Below are positions 36,446-49,995 of a DNA stretch of 64,000 nt, piece after piece. The translations under genes were made by a program, and so were the position numbers. The notes under the pieces are model-generated. The model ran no database searches, was not told where the DNA came from, and was given only the letters and a program-made list of their open reading frames with translations. Position 1 is the stretch's first letter, and each line of letters starts with the position of its first letter. The stretch covers positions 6,202,001-6,266,000 of the forward strand of contig CM052832.1 of assembly GCA_028534125.1 (NCBI GenBank). The letters are read 5' to 3'. Source of the stretch: Lama glama. Taxonomy: Eukaryota.

Positions 36446-39400
36446 AGTTTAGCCCTTTTTCCCTCTTACCCTCAAAGATTCATTTAAGTGCCTCTTCCAT
36501 GGTCAGCCCTTATTATAGTGGATTTTAACTGATGGTTGGTGGCGGAGTCTTCCTATTAAATTTGAGCTTTTCTACTAAGTTATAAAGGAATAAGTATAAA
36601 TAGAGACTCTCCCCAGGGCCTAGCTCAGTGTCTTGTACCTAGCAGACATTTAGTATGAAGGTTTGTTGAATGAATAAGTAGATGAATGAATGAACTCCAC
36701 TGCATGTAGAATCCCCGTGCCAAATATCTGGACAAAGTAGCTCCGGTTTTGAGAGGCTACCTGGTTTAAACCACCCCCACCTCCCCAGCTGCCCAAGTCC
36801 TGAGTGCACCCTCATGACAATCTGAAGAGTGGGACTGGATGGTAATTTTATAAACACTCAGCCTCTTCCAGGTCGTGAATCTCGGCCACTAGATGTCTCC
36901 CTTTGCTTAAAGGACATTCTGAGCTTTGGGGTCAACTTGTGGTTGGATAAAAGGAAACAATACTTAAGTAAAAAAGAATGCTTTCATCTCAGGCTACATC
37001 GGCTACAGATGTTTGTCCTCATGAGGCGCTGAGGACAGCCACAACGTCAAAGAAAAAGTGCCCAGGGTTGGAATCAGATGGTTTTGTTCTGGGAGAGCTT
37101 CTCATCCACAGGAACGCATCCGTGCGACACCGAGTGACAGTCTGTTGGGTTTTAGCCTCTAATCCAGCAGATTCAGAACTGTTCTTCTGCAGCCTCGTTT
37201 GTGTTATTTTTTTCTGTCCCTTCAGGGCTGGTGGAGAGATGCATCTTACTGTTAAGGGTTGGGAATCTAGAACCCATGAGTCAAAGCTGAACTTCAGGAC
37301 AAACTTCTCCACTGAGGCTGCCCGGACCCCGTGTGAATTCCTGAGCATCATGAGAACACAGAGGCTATGTTTCGGTGCTGTGGGTGGGCCTTTCCTGTGA
37401 CCCCACGGGGGTCTTGTGAGCTTGGAAAGGTGGGCTGCTTGGTGCCATATAGTTCTCATTTTAAAGACAGGCAGGGTGAGGGTTCATTACTTTTATAGAT
37501 TGTGGCTTTCTCTTCTCAGTGTTATCTCTGACTTTCAAGTGCAGCACGTTCTGAACTGATTAAAGTCACTGGATGGAAGATCACCTGGCTCTGTTAAATT
37601 CACCCTCTGAATTTAGTAACACTTGGAATTTACTTGTTGCTTTGTATGGAAGCTGTGGATTCTGTGAGGCTTTGGTGGCTCTCCGCTTTATCACAGACGG
37701 GTCAGATGGTGAAAATGCCTGGTCTCGTTAGTACCTGTTCTTTGATTATTTCACAAGGGTTGCACCCTTCTCTTTGTATTTCTCATCTGTCTTTGAGAAA
37801 CGGTAGAGTATAGGTTCAGAAAACAGAGTCAAGTCAGGCTGTGTTGGTGTCCTGGCCCATCGTTACCTTAACTGCTCTGTGGTTCAATTTCCACATCTAT
37901 AATATGGGGATGATGGTGTAACTGCATCACGGGCTGCTGAGAGCAGAAAAGCACACAGAAAGTTCTCAAAGCAGTCCTCGGAACGCAGTTAGTGCTCAGC
38001 AGTAATGAAAACTGATACTAAATGCTGGTACTTCATTTCTTCCCGTATTTGGTGCCCGTGTCTGTAGATTGCCGCTCCTGGCTCCGATATGGTTGGGAAG
38101 AGAGTCCCTACAGTTTTGTGAACTCTTCCCTTGTTTATTTGAATGTTCTTTATTTTAATGCTAAATAGCAATACAATTATTATACAACACAATTATTATA
38201 TAATTATTATACAATAATTGGTATAGTAATTGTATATAATAGTATAGTAATTTTCTCATAAGTCACACTGACCAATACAGTCCAATGACTCCCCACCTAC
38301 CTCTCTTTAAGTCCCAGTCCTGAGTGTTAAATGACTCCATCCATTTTGATTGTTTGACCGTATTTGTAAGACTTACCATATGACTCACCATAATTTCCAT
38401 TTTACACTCAACTCTTCCCCTCTTTACTTCTCCTTTCAGGTTTTTTCCCTAATTATACCTGATTTTTTTTTTTAAATTGCATTTAACTCTTTCACAATTA
38501 TGGCATAAATCCACCTGAAACAGTTCAGAATCTGTCCCTCCCTTGAATCAATGTATTTCCAGGGTGGTCCTTTGTGTCTGAAGCCCCTGAATGTGAGCTT
38601 CTCAAAGACCAAGCTGGGAGAATGCCCGGTACTTCTGATGCTCGGGCCCTCCTGGGTGTGGGTTCACGTCTTTCCCAGGTCCACCTGCTGGTATAATTAG
38701 CTCTTGTCTCATGCCCACAGCAGTCACTCAGGGAAAGTTTGTTGACATCCTAAGAGTTAGATGACTAGTTCCAATAACAAGACTCTGTTTGCTACTTCCT
38801 TTCTCCCGGGCCTCAGTGTGTTGCTACTTATTCGCAGGACACTGCTCTTTTGCTGGGAAACCAAGCCATCAGATGGCTCAGGCGACCAACGCAAACAAAC
38901 AGATGGAGGTAGGAGGCTTGGAGCTTTTCCTCAGCCCCGGGTCTTCCTCCTTGTTCTTTGCCACTTCAAGGATGCTGGCCAAGGAAGCTCTGTGGCCAAT
39001 ATCACCAAAGAAAGGAATGTAAGGTAGACCAGATGGACCAAGGCACATTTGTTCGGCTGCCTGCATGCCCTCAGGTGGACCCCTTGCTCCTGCTTCATAG
39101 TTACTGTGTGAGATTTTGTGGCAGAAGGAATGTTGCAGTCACATCAGAGAAGCAGCTCTGCCTTCACAGAAGGTGGCTCTTCTGGAGCTCTTAACAAAGG
39201 CATGTCACAATGCCACTCCCATGCTCAAACCCATGCTTCTTTCATTTGCTTTCTGTCCTCTGTAGTGACAGGGGAGCCCCATAGCCTAACCAGGAAATAT
39301 AGAAAAATTCAGCATTGCATGCTTTAACAGATTATTAGGAGGAAGCTAGAAGAAATGATTAAATGGCTAATGGGTGAGTCATGGGTAATTAGAAGCACAC

Positions 39401-39487
39401 CCTCCTCATGAAACAACCTCAATATTGGGCATACCATGATCTCCTTCTGTCAAATATGGAATTAGCATTAAACACATTCATTTCTTT

Positions 39488-40249
39488 ATTCCTCAAAAAG
39501 TTAAAAATAGACTTACCATATGATCCAGCAATCCTACTCCTGGGCATATACTTGGAGGGAACTCTAATTTGAAAGGATACATGCACCCCAGTGTTCACAG
39601 CAGCACTATTTACAATAGCCAAGACATGGAATCAACCTAAGGGTCCATTGACAGATGACTGGATAAAGAAGATATGGTATATACACACACACACACATAT
39701 ATATGGTATATATATATACACATACATATGATATATGTATATATATATATATATATATAATGGAATATTACTCAGCCATAAAAAGAATAAAAGAATGCCA
39801 TTTGCAGCAACATGGATGGACCTGGAGATGGTCATTCTAAGTGAAGTAAGCCAGAAAGGGAAAGAAAAATGCCATATGATATCACTTATATATGGAATAA
39901 AAGAAATATATAAATGAACTTATTTACAAAACAAAGACAGACTCAGAGACATAGAAAACAAACTTATATTAACAGTAAGGGAAAGGGATGGTAAGGGATA
40001 AATTTGGAGTTCAAGATTTGCAGATATTAACTACTATATGTAAAATAGATAAACAACACATTTATACTGTCTAGCACAAGGAACTATATTTAGTATCTTG
40101 TAGTAACTTACAATGTAAAAGACTATGAAAAGGAATATATGTGTGTATATGTATGAATGAAACATTATGCTGTACACCAGAAATTTACACAACATTGTAA
40201 ACGGACTATACTTCAATTTTTAAACATGGAAAAAGAAAGAGAAAACAAA
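39488..40249 (+). mobile_element. 5'-truncated L1 with 18-bp TSD and internal CA/TA microsatellite
   Basis: L1 ORF2 C-terminus ([20 protein letters not shown]); TSD AAACACATTCATTTCTTT (39470-39487) / AAGCATATTCATTTCTTT (40250-40267); microsatellite ~39679-39759. Confidence 0.97.
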
Positions 40250-41469
40250 AAGCATATTCATTTCTTTGGATTCAGAGTTTCACCAAAATCAATGTACTCA
40301 CAAAATCACTGGTGTCTACTGGTTGCCTAATTTTCTAATACCTGCTAAATGTTCTTGGTCTAATAAGAAACTGTAGGAATTGCTTTGGTTCTGTGGGCCA
40401 TACACCAGCCCCTGGGAAGTTGCTGGGTTTCACGACACAATCTGGCTGGAGGTGAATAAAGAGTTTCCATTTCAGTTGCAAGCCCTCACCATGTTGAGCT
40501 CCACACTGACTGGCCATTTTGTCCTCCCTTCCGCTGCCTCCTTACTCCTCTTCCTCACTGCCCACCCAATTCCATAGCTACTCTCTTCCTAAGTAATTAA
40601 TAAATTGTTAGCCCCATTGTATAAACACAGTCCCACTGAGATGTCGGTGGCCGACATCTGCCTACAAGCACTTACCTGTTAATACAGACAGCAGGAGAAG
40701 AGCATCCTAGAACTGAAAAGAAGGCATCTAATCCCAGGACTTTAGACACTGGGTCAACAGAGAGAGAGTATGTATTTTCAGAAGTCCCGGACCCTTGTCT
40801 TGAATGGAAACTTGGTCTCCACTAACAATTGGTGGATTCTGAAAATAGGCAGAACCCTTCAGAAAAGGCCCACAAGGAGAATGGAATTAACTTGACTAAA
40901 CTATGAGATCGACACTAACCCACCCAGGCTGGGGGACGGGGGAGGGGGTCACTGGAGCAATGGTTGATGCCCTTGAACAGTTGGGGGTTGTCAGGATGGC
41001 CTTGTTCTCTTGACATCTTTTCCACTGGACCAGGTCCAGGCCTGGGCATGACGGGTTAGGAATGTGGATCAAGAGGTCCAGCGGGTGTTGGACACAAGCG
41101 GGTCACGTCGAGTTCAGGACTGCTTGGCACGAAAGGACTTCGATGTGAAATTATGGGCTCTAATATTATTGGGAATACTGTTCAGTCTAAAAATACAGAT
41201 TTCTCTCAGAATTGAGTGCTCCAAGGACCATTTTCTTCTTCCTGAGAAAATGGGTGCTCCGTCTTTTCTAGTAACAACAACAAGATACCTGAATAGCTTC
41301 CTCTTTTCTTTGATAGGAACTCTGTCCCCAGAATTACATTTTAAATTTACAAAACTGAGTAGCTACCTCAGTTTTTATTTACATTCTTGTCTTAGTTGAC
41401 TCTCTACTTCGATAGTTCCCCTTTTTTATCATGTGGTTTATATAGAAATGTTTTAGTTCATGTTTCTTT

Positions 41470-41571
41470 TGAAAAAAAATTTTTTTTTTATTTAATGGAA
41501 GTACTGGGGATTGAACCCAGGACCTCGTGCGTGCTAAGCATGTGCTCTATCACTGACTTATACCCTCCCCC
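41470..41571 (-). mobile_element. tRNA-Ala-derived SINE (camelid vic-1-like) with 16-bp TSD
   Basis: Minus strand GGGGAGGGTATAAGTCAGTGATAGAGCACATGCTTAGCACGCACGAGGTCCTGGGTTCAATCCCCAGTACTTCC + A tail; TSD TAGTTCAYGTTTCTTT at 41454-41469 and 41572-41587. Confidence 0.93.
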
Positions 41572-41989
41572 TAGTTCACGTTTCTTTGTGTCTATTCTAA
41601 TGTAATTTTATTTTATGCATTTAGTATTGAAAGCCACCTCAAATCATTTGGAAAAGATGGAGTAACTTAAAGCATAAGTCATCAGAAGTCACTTGTAAAT
41701 GAGGAATGTTTGTTTTTCAAATCAGATGACTCCTTAGAAAGGAAAGAGACTTTAATGAAAGTGGTTAATAAGGTTTAGCCCTAGGGTTTCTAAGGACAAA
41801 GAATACACTGGAAACATTCACCCTGGGCAGGCACACCCTTGCTCTCTCTTGACTCCCCAGCCCTATTCCGTATTATTCTACCCAGAAGTCAGAAGACTTT
41901 GGGAGAGTAGCACGTTGATTCTGCAGCCTTGAGTGAGACAGTTGGAAAAGAAAAAATGGGATCCACCACTCCCCACACACCCCCTGGAA

Positions 41990-42320
41990 TGACCCCCCCC
42001 CACGTGAAATTAATGCATGAAGGGCTGCATTCCTTCCACTCTGTAGGGTGTGACCCCCGGTGTCCCGAGGCTGGACGGGAAAGCTGGACAGAGCGGCCTC
42101 GTGTAACAGACAAACCTAGGACAGATGTGCTCTGCCTTCTGCTGGAGCATTTTTCTTCCCTTTTCCTCCTGTGATTTCTGTCTGCTGGGCGAATCCTTAG
42201 GTCTTAGGCTCTGAACTCGTTCCTCTTACCAGGCCTGATAGGGACTCCAAGTGGGAGGGAGAGTCAACAGAAAGGTATTTCTTCCTTCTTGAAGGGGGTG
42301 TGTCCTGGGCTTGTCTGCCT
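41990..42320 (+). promoter_or_regulatory. Putative TATA-less ADGRF1 proximal promoter
   Basis: Immediately upstream of putative exon 1. GT/KLF box GGGGGTGTG (~42294-42302), ETS-like TTCTTCCT (~42279-42287), E-box CACGTG (42001-42006). Motifs only. Confidence 0.45.
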
Positions 42321-42488
42321 ACAGGGCAGCAATGCGCAGCAGGAGTTGCTGGTGAAGCAGTGGCCCTGTACGCCTGCCAGCGAGTGACCGGCGGTGGCTC
42401 AGATACTCCAACTGTCTTTCCAAACAGAGCAGCAGCAGTGCGGCGGAGGAAGGCTCCCCGGGCTGCGATGTGAAGAGAGGATTCTCAG
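42320..42488 (+). other. ADGRF1: Probable non-coding exon 1 (5'UTR) of ADGRF1; 5' end approximate
   Basis: Ends in strong donor CTCAG|GTGAGC (GT at 42489). Segments 'ctcagatact...ctttccaaacag...gaaggctccc...gtgaagaga' resemble the human ADGRF1 5'UTR as I recall it. Locally CpG-richer, ~10 kb upstream of the ATG exon. Confidence 0.7.
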
Positions 42489-45091
42489 GTGAGCCCCAAA
42501 GCTGTGGTTGCATTTGCTGTCATCATTACCACTTGTTAATCTGAGATTCCTTCCCCCTCCCCACGGGGATAACCGATTTCAGTAACCCATTTCCTGGAGA
42601 AGATTAACTACAGGAACAGAGAGTGGAAAAAGCAATGAGTAGATACAACAGAGTTCAGTGTCTTGGTAACCATATAAATTGAGGTGATTTGCTGACTCTC
42701 ACACTCGGCTCAAAGCATACCTTTCTCTCTGTCAGTTACAACCCTGTACCCCTCTTCTTGGGGCGGGCCTGGGAGGTTGAGTGACTGGGACTAAAAATAC
42801 CAGTCTCACGGCTCCCACACATATGTTAGCCCTAGCCCCCTCTTGAAATAAAAATATGCTGGAGCAGATCAGGTTTATTTTCACTTTAGGATGAATTGAT
42901 TTAAGCTTTGACCTAACCCGTTCATGTTCCGGAAGTACTCCTCAATTTAATTCCTTCTCTAGACTCTGAAAAATCCAAAAATTGACCCTCACGATCGTTG
43001 CCGCTGCTCTTTCCCCCGAATAACTATAAAGAAACGCACTATATTTTCTGACCGACGGGCCTTGAAAATTAGTCATTTTTTCTTTTCTCTTTTCTTCTTT
43101 TTCTTCAAGAATCCATTTATGCAAACCTGATATTCCTTGTAATCCACCCAGGCCAGAGACTAAACAGGGGGAAGTGACTGAAGGGGGGATGGAAAGAGGG
43201 TCCGGGTGGGAGAGGTGCGGCGAGGTGATGGCTTTGACGTTGCCATGGAGAAATCCATTCACCCAAACCTGGGGATAACAGGCATGGTCTGGGGATGACA
43301 GACAGAAGAGAAGTAACAAAAACAGATAAAACTGCGTTCTATAATTTATCAGAGTATTAGCACAAGCCTTTTGTTATGTTCTGTTTTTTTTATATAGAAC
43401 CACTACTAATTATTAAACCATAACCCAAATTTAAAACCGTACCTTATATGGCCACGTACAGTACTTGATTCAACTATTAACAGTTGGTATACCCTTGAGA
43501 AAATTATTTAGCTTTTTTTTTATTCTGGTTTCTTAATTTGGAAAATGGTAGCAAGGAGCATGGAGCGTTAAAATGGGAGTACATGTGTGCTGAGTCTTAT
43601 AAGCTTGACTTGCAAACACGCCTGCTTCGTGCACAACCACGAGCTGATGTAAATTGTTGCTGACATGCCTCGTGGGTGCATATGTCTTGTTTCTCTGAAA
43701 AGACAGTGTATGTCTTTATCTTTTTTAAAAGCAGGGACAGGGCTTCTATCACGGGGTTTATCTCTGGCTGTGCTGAGGGTCGGGGGGCACCATACTTGGG
43801 CATCTGTGTGCCCTCTGCCGTCATTCATTCCACTATCAGAGGGACACAGATATCCTCCTAGGAAAAGTACATGAACATATCATTCAAATGAAGGTGTCAG
43901 TGACATTTTTTAGCACTTGGGTTGGGAGCAAGTGTAAACTGGAAGAAACAAGAGGGTACTGGGTGTGGAAGGGCCTGAACAGTGGCACGGTGGGTCCGCG
44001 GGTGCATGACTCAGAAAGTGGAGGGGTGGCATCTCCAGGACAATGTCACTGAATTCACAGTTTACCTTAAGGCCACACCTTATGAAACCACATTCCACCC
44101 AATCTAAACAAATGCCTTTGCAACGTGCAGAATATTTCTGCCACATTCTCTTTCTGAAGTTCTTTGGCAGGGAATACCCGTAGCTACAGAGAAGGGGAAA
44201 CCCGCTCCCAAACACACAGATGGCGTTGGAGCCGAGAAGTGCTCATGGGATGTCAAGTGTCCACAGTTCTGGACTGAGCACATGGTCCTCATGGCTGTGG
44301 TAATAATGTAGACACCTGGAGGGGTGATGCAAGGGATCCCCAGCGCCATCCAACATCTGGTTGGAGCCTTGCTGAGCTCCGCCACCGCCGTCGGGGTCCA
44401 CAGAGCCAGGCGGGAGGGCCTCCCGCCGCAACTCCTCCCCCACAGACCATCTCACAGGGGCTCTGGTGCAACGGCAGATGGAAACCTGGGCTCTGGCAGA
44501 CTGAGAATGAAAAGCCGTAAGAATGAACAAGTGTGAAAGCGCCCTGGCATTGCCTAGAGTTAGAGTAAATTTCACACGCGCAGTCAGTTGAATAAATAAG
44601 ATGCAAAGAGTGAACAGCCTTAAAATGTGCACAATATAGTTCGATCCCGTTGAAGACGGCTACCTGGTCCTCACGGGGTCTCTGGGTCCTCAGTGCCATT
44701 GTCAGTTTTTAGTCTCCAGATGCCCACAAACTATGGAAACTCTAGTTTTTGTTTTGTTTTGTCTGAAAGAAAGTGTTTTAAAGTAAAGACTTTAAATAAG
44801 GTCTTGAAGATCATTTCCTTATCATTTGCTTCTTTCTCATAAGATAAAATTTTTAAAAATCTGATCATGAGTTCCTTTATTATTTAGGGGTTAGCAGGCG
44901 TTTACTATAAATTTGTGGTGTTAGGACAACTTGTCACAGTGAAACAGGGTCATACCTGCAAAGTTTTGGGTAAAGAGACTCTGTATTAAGCAGATTATAT
45001 TTTCCAGGAAACCATTCACACTTGTATTTGCACTTTAGCCCGGTTTTGCTTGAAGACATCCCTATGTTTAATCTCTTAAGAGAGTCAGGCA

Positions 45092-45200
45092 AATTTTTTT
45101 TTTAATTTTGTTTTTATTAAAGTGTAGTTGATTTACAATGTTCGTTTCAGGTGTACAGCAAAGCGATTCAGTTATACACATACGTATGTATATGTAGGCT
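45092..45200 (-). mobile_element. Short L1 3' tail
   Basis: Poly-T then 'attaaagtgtagttgatttacaatg...tttcaggtgtacagcaaagcgattcagtt'. Confidence 0.8.
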
Positions 45201-45239
45201 AATTATTTCTAATAAGACATTTAATGACATATTTCTTAG

Positions 45240-46110
45240 GTATGTAATACTCTTCTACATTGTTGACCAAGATGCCAATTAAGCAAGTAACTAGCAAAAG
45301 AAAAGACACAGATAGCAGTAGAACTTTTAAAAAAATATTTAGGGTAGAATTTCATTCTATGACAAGATGCACCTTTAAAATTGATACAGAAGTCATTAAG
45401 ATGGTCTATGAGAAAGAATGGTTTAGTCAAGAAACATAATTGGGATAAAAGGTTACTCATTTCGAAGAAAATGAAAGTAAACCCTTATTTTATACCAAAA
45501 CCTAAAATAACTCCAGAAGAATTGAAGATTTAAATGTATACAACGAACAAACAAACTCACCTAAAGCAGTGTTAAAGGAAAATATAGCAGGATATTTTTA
45601 CAATCTTTTTACAGAAAAAAAATTCTTAGCATGGCCCCAAATTTAAAATCCATAATGGAAAATGTTGACAGATGTGATTCCATGAATGTCTTAAACTCTT
45701 GTGCCAAACAGGACAACATAAAAAGTTAAAAGAGTGAAAAGACAAAATGATGAGCAAATGTTTACAACATGAGTGACAAAGAGCTGATACCTATGCAATG
45801 TGATGAACTCCTCGAAGCAGTTCTCAAGAAAAAGGTGAATATTTCAATAGACTTAGGACAATGACTTTGTCAAGCCAGAAAAAATATATATATATGACCA
45901 ATAAACATCTAAAAAATGCTTAATCATATTAATAATCAAAGGTATAAAATTAAACCAATTAGATAAAAACTTGCCTATCAGTTTGGCAAACATTAAAAAG
46001 ATGTTGGGGACAGTGTGATGAAATGGCATTTCTACACCTTACCAGGGACTGTAAATGCATACAAATTAGGAGGGCAGTTTGGCCACATCTATCAAAACTC
46101 AAAATGCAAT
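45240..46110 (+). mobile_element. Highly decayed old L1 (L1M) ORF2 3' region
   Basis: A-rich, with L1 ORF2-like remnants ('attgaagatttaaatgta', 'tggcaaacattaaaaagatg', 'ggagggcagtttggc'). Confidence 0.7.
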
Positions 46111-49100
46111 AACTGGAATTAAGGACGCACAAGAAGGAACATTTGGGGGCAGACTGTAGTAGGCTAGATAGCTAATTTGCCAGGATAATGTGTTCGCTTC
46201 TCATCTGCACATAATCTGAAGCCCGGAAGGTTTTGAGTATGGATTGGCATGATACTTGCAGAATGGGTGGAATGCCAGGCAACTGGTTCTTTTTCTCAAA
46301 AGAATCATCTGAGGAATATGATTGAAAACGTTGCTTTTACTTACTAGGAAATTATAATGAAAATACTATTAATAGTCTTAGGGAAGCTTAAAAAATGAGT
46401 GGGTTTTTTTTTTTGGTAGATTTGGAACAATTAAGGTTTCTCAGCATGACCACTGAATGAAAGCCATTTGTTTTACTTTAAAATAGATGACGCAAGAAAA
46501 GTTTGTAACATCTTTCATCTGACCTTTCTCACACGAAGACCCCACAGACCTCGTTCTGTGGGTTCGTCCCAGGAGGCCTGATGGATTGCGTTCTCATCCA
46601 TAAATAGCTGACTTTCCTTAGACACCGGTGACACGTTGTATATTCTTTTTCCTGGACAAAGAGTCCTTAATTGTCAGGAACTCAGATGGCGATCAAGTTA
46701 ACAATGATGACTTTATTAAAATCGTGGCCTAAGCCAGGCCCAGAGTCCAAGAGAAATATTAGACTCTTTGGGGAGAGAGATTTAAGGAAATAGTTGATAA
46801 ATTCTTTTAATCTGGAATTTAGGTTTACCCTTCTCATTTTACACAAGTGGGAGAACAAAATCATTCCCTTAATTGCTGAAATACTCGAATCACTATATAT
46901 GAAAGCATTCTACAAATGAGGAAGAATTATTCTTATTTCTTCTTATGTAACTACCCCTTCCGTTGAGTGCTGTTCAGGTACTTTTTTCAAGCAAGCAATC
47001 CCAGAGGAAGCTCACATTCTCTGGCTTTACCGACTGTAAGTCAGCATAGTTGAGTGGGGAAGATGGAAGCTAATGACCTGGGGATTCCGGGAAGGCTGGG
47101 TCCCCACTGCTAAGCTGAAGTCTTGGCTGGAAGAAAGCTTGGCACTTTCTCTAGAGTGCCATTAATCATCCTTTAGGGGCTTGGTGGTAACTTCTGCTCT
47201 ACTGCACCGTGAGTGACAGAAGAAAATCTTCAGTTATAGGGGGTTGGAACACAGCCAACCCTTGAGTCTGGCAGGCAGGCTTTTGATAGACGAACTGAGC
47301 TGGACTCGTCTGTGGGAAATGAAGACCCACACCCAAAGAAGTCCCGGGTGATGAGCTAAGAACGACAGATCATCCTGCATCCCTTCTAAGATGCAAAGCA
47401 AAGATGAATTAATTTTAAAAACCAGAGTCCTTATGAGGAGGGGGCAGACAGCTGTGCTAGACAGATAGCACCGGCAGCAGGAGAAATGCCAATTCGTGGC
47501 AAAGGACACAGGGACTTGTAAAAAAATATATATCTCAATTTTTGGGTGGAAAAGGATCAGAAGAAGTGGTAGCATCACAATCTGGACTTTGACGGGAGAT
47601 CCATTGAATGAAACATCGGAGGGTGTAAACAGGGACCTACGAACAAAGAGAGCCCAGCAGCCCAGCAGGTGTTTTGGGTCTGATACAGCTTTTGCAGTTT
47701 CTCCGAGTGGATGGAGCTACGATGCGTGAACACGCCCGTGTCGTGTACAGCCCGAGCCTGGCACAGTGCCTGGGAACTGGAGGCTCTCGATGCACAGTGA
47801 TCAGACAAGTTGAAGTTTGGTGGATTGGTAAACTGTCCCAGGGAAGGGACGATGGAGCGAAGGAATTCCTTTTGTCTCCTGCAGCCTTATAACTCCAGAG
47901 TTCTTAAAAGTCATACCACTGCTCTCAACCCAAGGACTTAACTCTTAGCGAGTTCTCAGCCCCTCTCAGAAGATGCTTAAGAATGAAATAACCAGTGGAA
48001 GGAGAAAACAAGACTAGAGGTCAGTAAAGACTGTAATCTCTCCAGGCTCAGATTTGATGACTGACGGACACTGATGAAAAGACCAATTAAATAAATAATC
48101 TACGAATTAGAAACCGGGAAATGGGTGTGAAATGATTGAATCTGACACTGGCTCTGAGTGCACCTTATTTTATTGCCTACTGTATACAAGAGGAAATTGA
48201 ATCCAGACAGTTTTCTTTTTTTTTTTTTTTAACTTTTACAGATTCTAACAGATAAGGGACCAAACTGAGGTTAGGGTCAAATTCATCTCGGTCTTTTCCC
48301 ACTTTTATTCGATGTTAACATACTAAAAACATGCTAAAATCGAAAATGTGTGTTAAAAATTTTATTGTGGACACATATTTATATAGACATGCACTGATAT
48401 TTTAAGTAACTTTAAGTTATAATTCTTCTAGAAGAAGTTGGTCTAGCTTGTAAAATTCACCAAACCACCACACATTTTTTCAAGTTTTGAAATTGGTTAT
48501 CTTTTCTGTCCCTACCTGTCTTTCCACCTGTCTTCTCTGCCATATCTGCCTCCTGAAAGGAACACAATGAAACTCTCCTCAAAGGCCAGTGGCCCAGAGA
48601 TCCCTATACAAAGGCAGATCCCAATGAAAATGTGACCAAAGACATATAAAATAAGAGGTAACATAAAACCAAGGTTTTACAGGTCCTTTGCCTGTTAACC
48701 AGTTCTAGCTGAGTCATGATTTTTTTTTTTCAGATCCTAGCTGGGGATCTGCTTTTTCTGTGTGGGGGTGTGGGGGATGCATGTGTGCACCTGTGAGTCC
48801 AAGACAGAGGAAGGTGACAACTCTTCTGGGAATTCTTCTATTTATAGAGGAAGAATCACAATCCCATAAATGCTAATGCCAGGAAAGCGGCCCAAGAGTT
48901 CAGCTCTGCCTAAAATTAGATTGTTGCTAAAAATACTGGAAAAGGTAGATGAGAGCAGTTCCAACTGTTGATAAGGAGACAGCTGTTGACATAAATAAAT
49001 GATATTTGGAGTCCATAAATACATAACTGGAGGACTGGGGAGACAATGGGCAGCCGTCCCCAGAGGCGTAATAGCAAATTCTAATGATTGTTCTCCAAAG

Positions 49101-49871
49101 ACTGAAGGACAGAGATTATCAGGAATGAATTCACTTGAATGAATTCAAGGAAGTAAGGGGGGTCCCAGCACAGCCAAGCCTTCCCACGGACGACAGGGCC
49201 GACCCACTGTAGGTCAGACATCGCTGGCCCCCAGCTGAGCACAGAATCCTTCCAGCTTGGAAGGGGAAGTGCTGAAAATACCATGGGGTTTGCCTCTAGT
49301 AAAAGCGAAATTAAGTAGGATATAAGATTACATCCCCCAACACACACACACACACACACACACAAAGTATTTCTTGGTATCCTCATGCTGAAACCCTCCT
49401 TTGAGTCTGATAACCGGTTACCGTAAAAATATATCTTTACCACCTCAAAGCTGGGACCCTTCCACTTACGCAGTGCTGGCCCTCAACCCAGGAGCACCTT
49501 TTACTTGATAAATTAACTTGACTGAGAATCGAAGTTAAATTCTGACCCAATCCAACAAGTAACTATAAAAACTGGTGGTAAGGTTGAAATGCTAATATTA
49601 GTAGCTATTGATAATTGAGGCTTGCCACCTGCCAGGCGATGTTCTGAGTTCTCCATATGCAATTACTCATTCAATGCTCTGAAGAATCTCTGAATTAGAT
49701 ACTGCTTTCCCCGTCTTATAGATGAGTAGACTGAGGCATAGAGAGCCTAAGAAAATGTCAAAGGGCATCCAGATGATTAATGTCAAATCTGAGATCCGAA
49801 GCCTGGGCAGTCTAACCACAGAACCTGCACTTCGAGATACCATTTTCCTGCCTTTGACTAGCTGTCAAATA

Positions 49872-49995
49872 CAGGTTGCCCAGTTAAATATGAATTTCCA
49901 AAATACAGCGGTAATTCTGGACAACGAATAGTGTCCCAAATATCGTGTGGCACATACTTACACTAAAACATTGTTATTTATCTGAAAGTCAGTCT
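49872..49995. mobile_element. MER53-like hAT relic
   Basis: 'ccagttaaatatgaattt...tgtcccaaatat...catacttacactaaaac...ttatttatctgaaa'. Confidence 0.6.

Noticed and set aside
41497..41571. Functional tRNA-Ala(AGC) gene
   Set aside because: Poly-A tail, TSD and stem/A-box substitutions mark it as a retroposed SINE.
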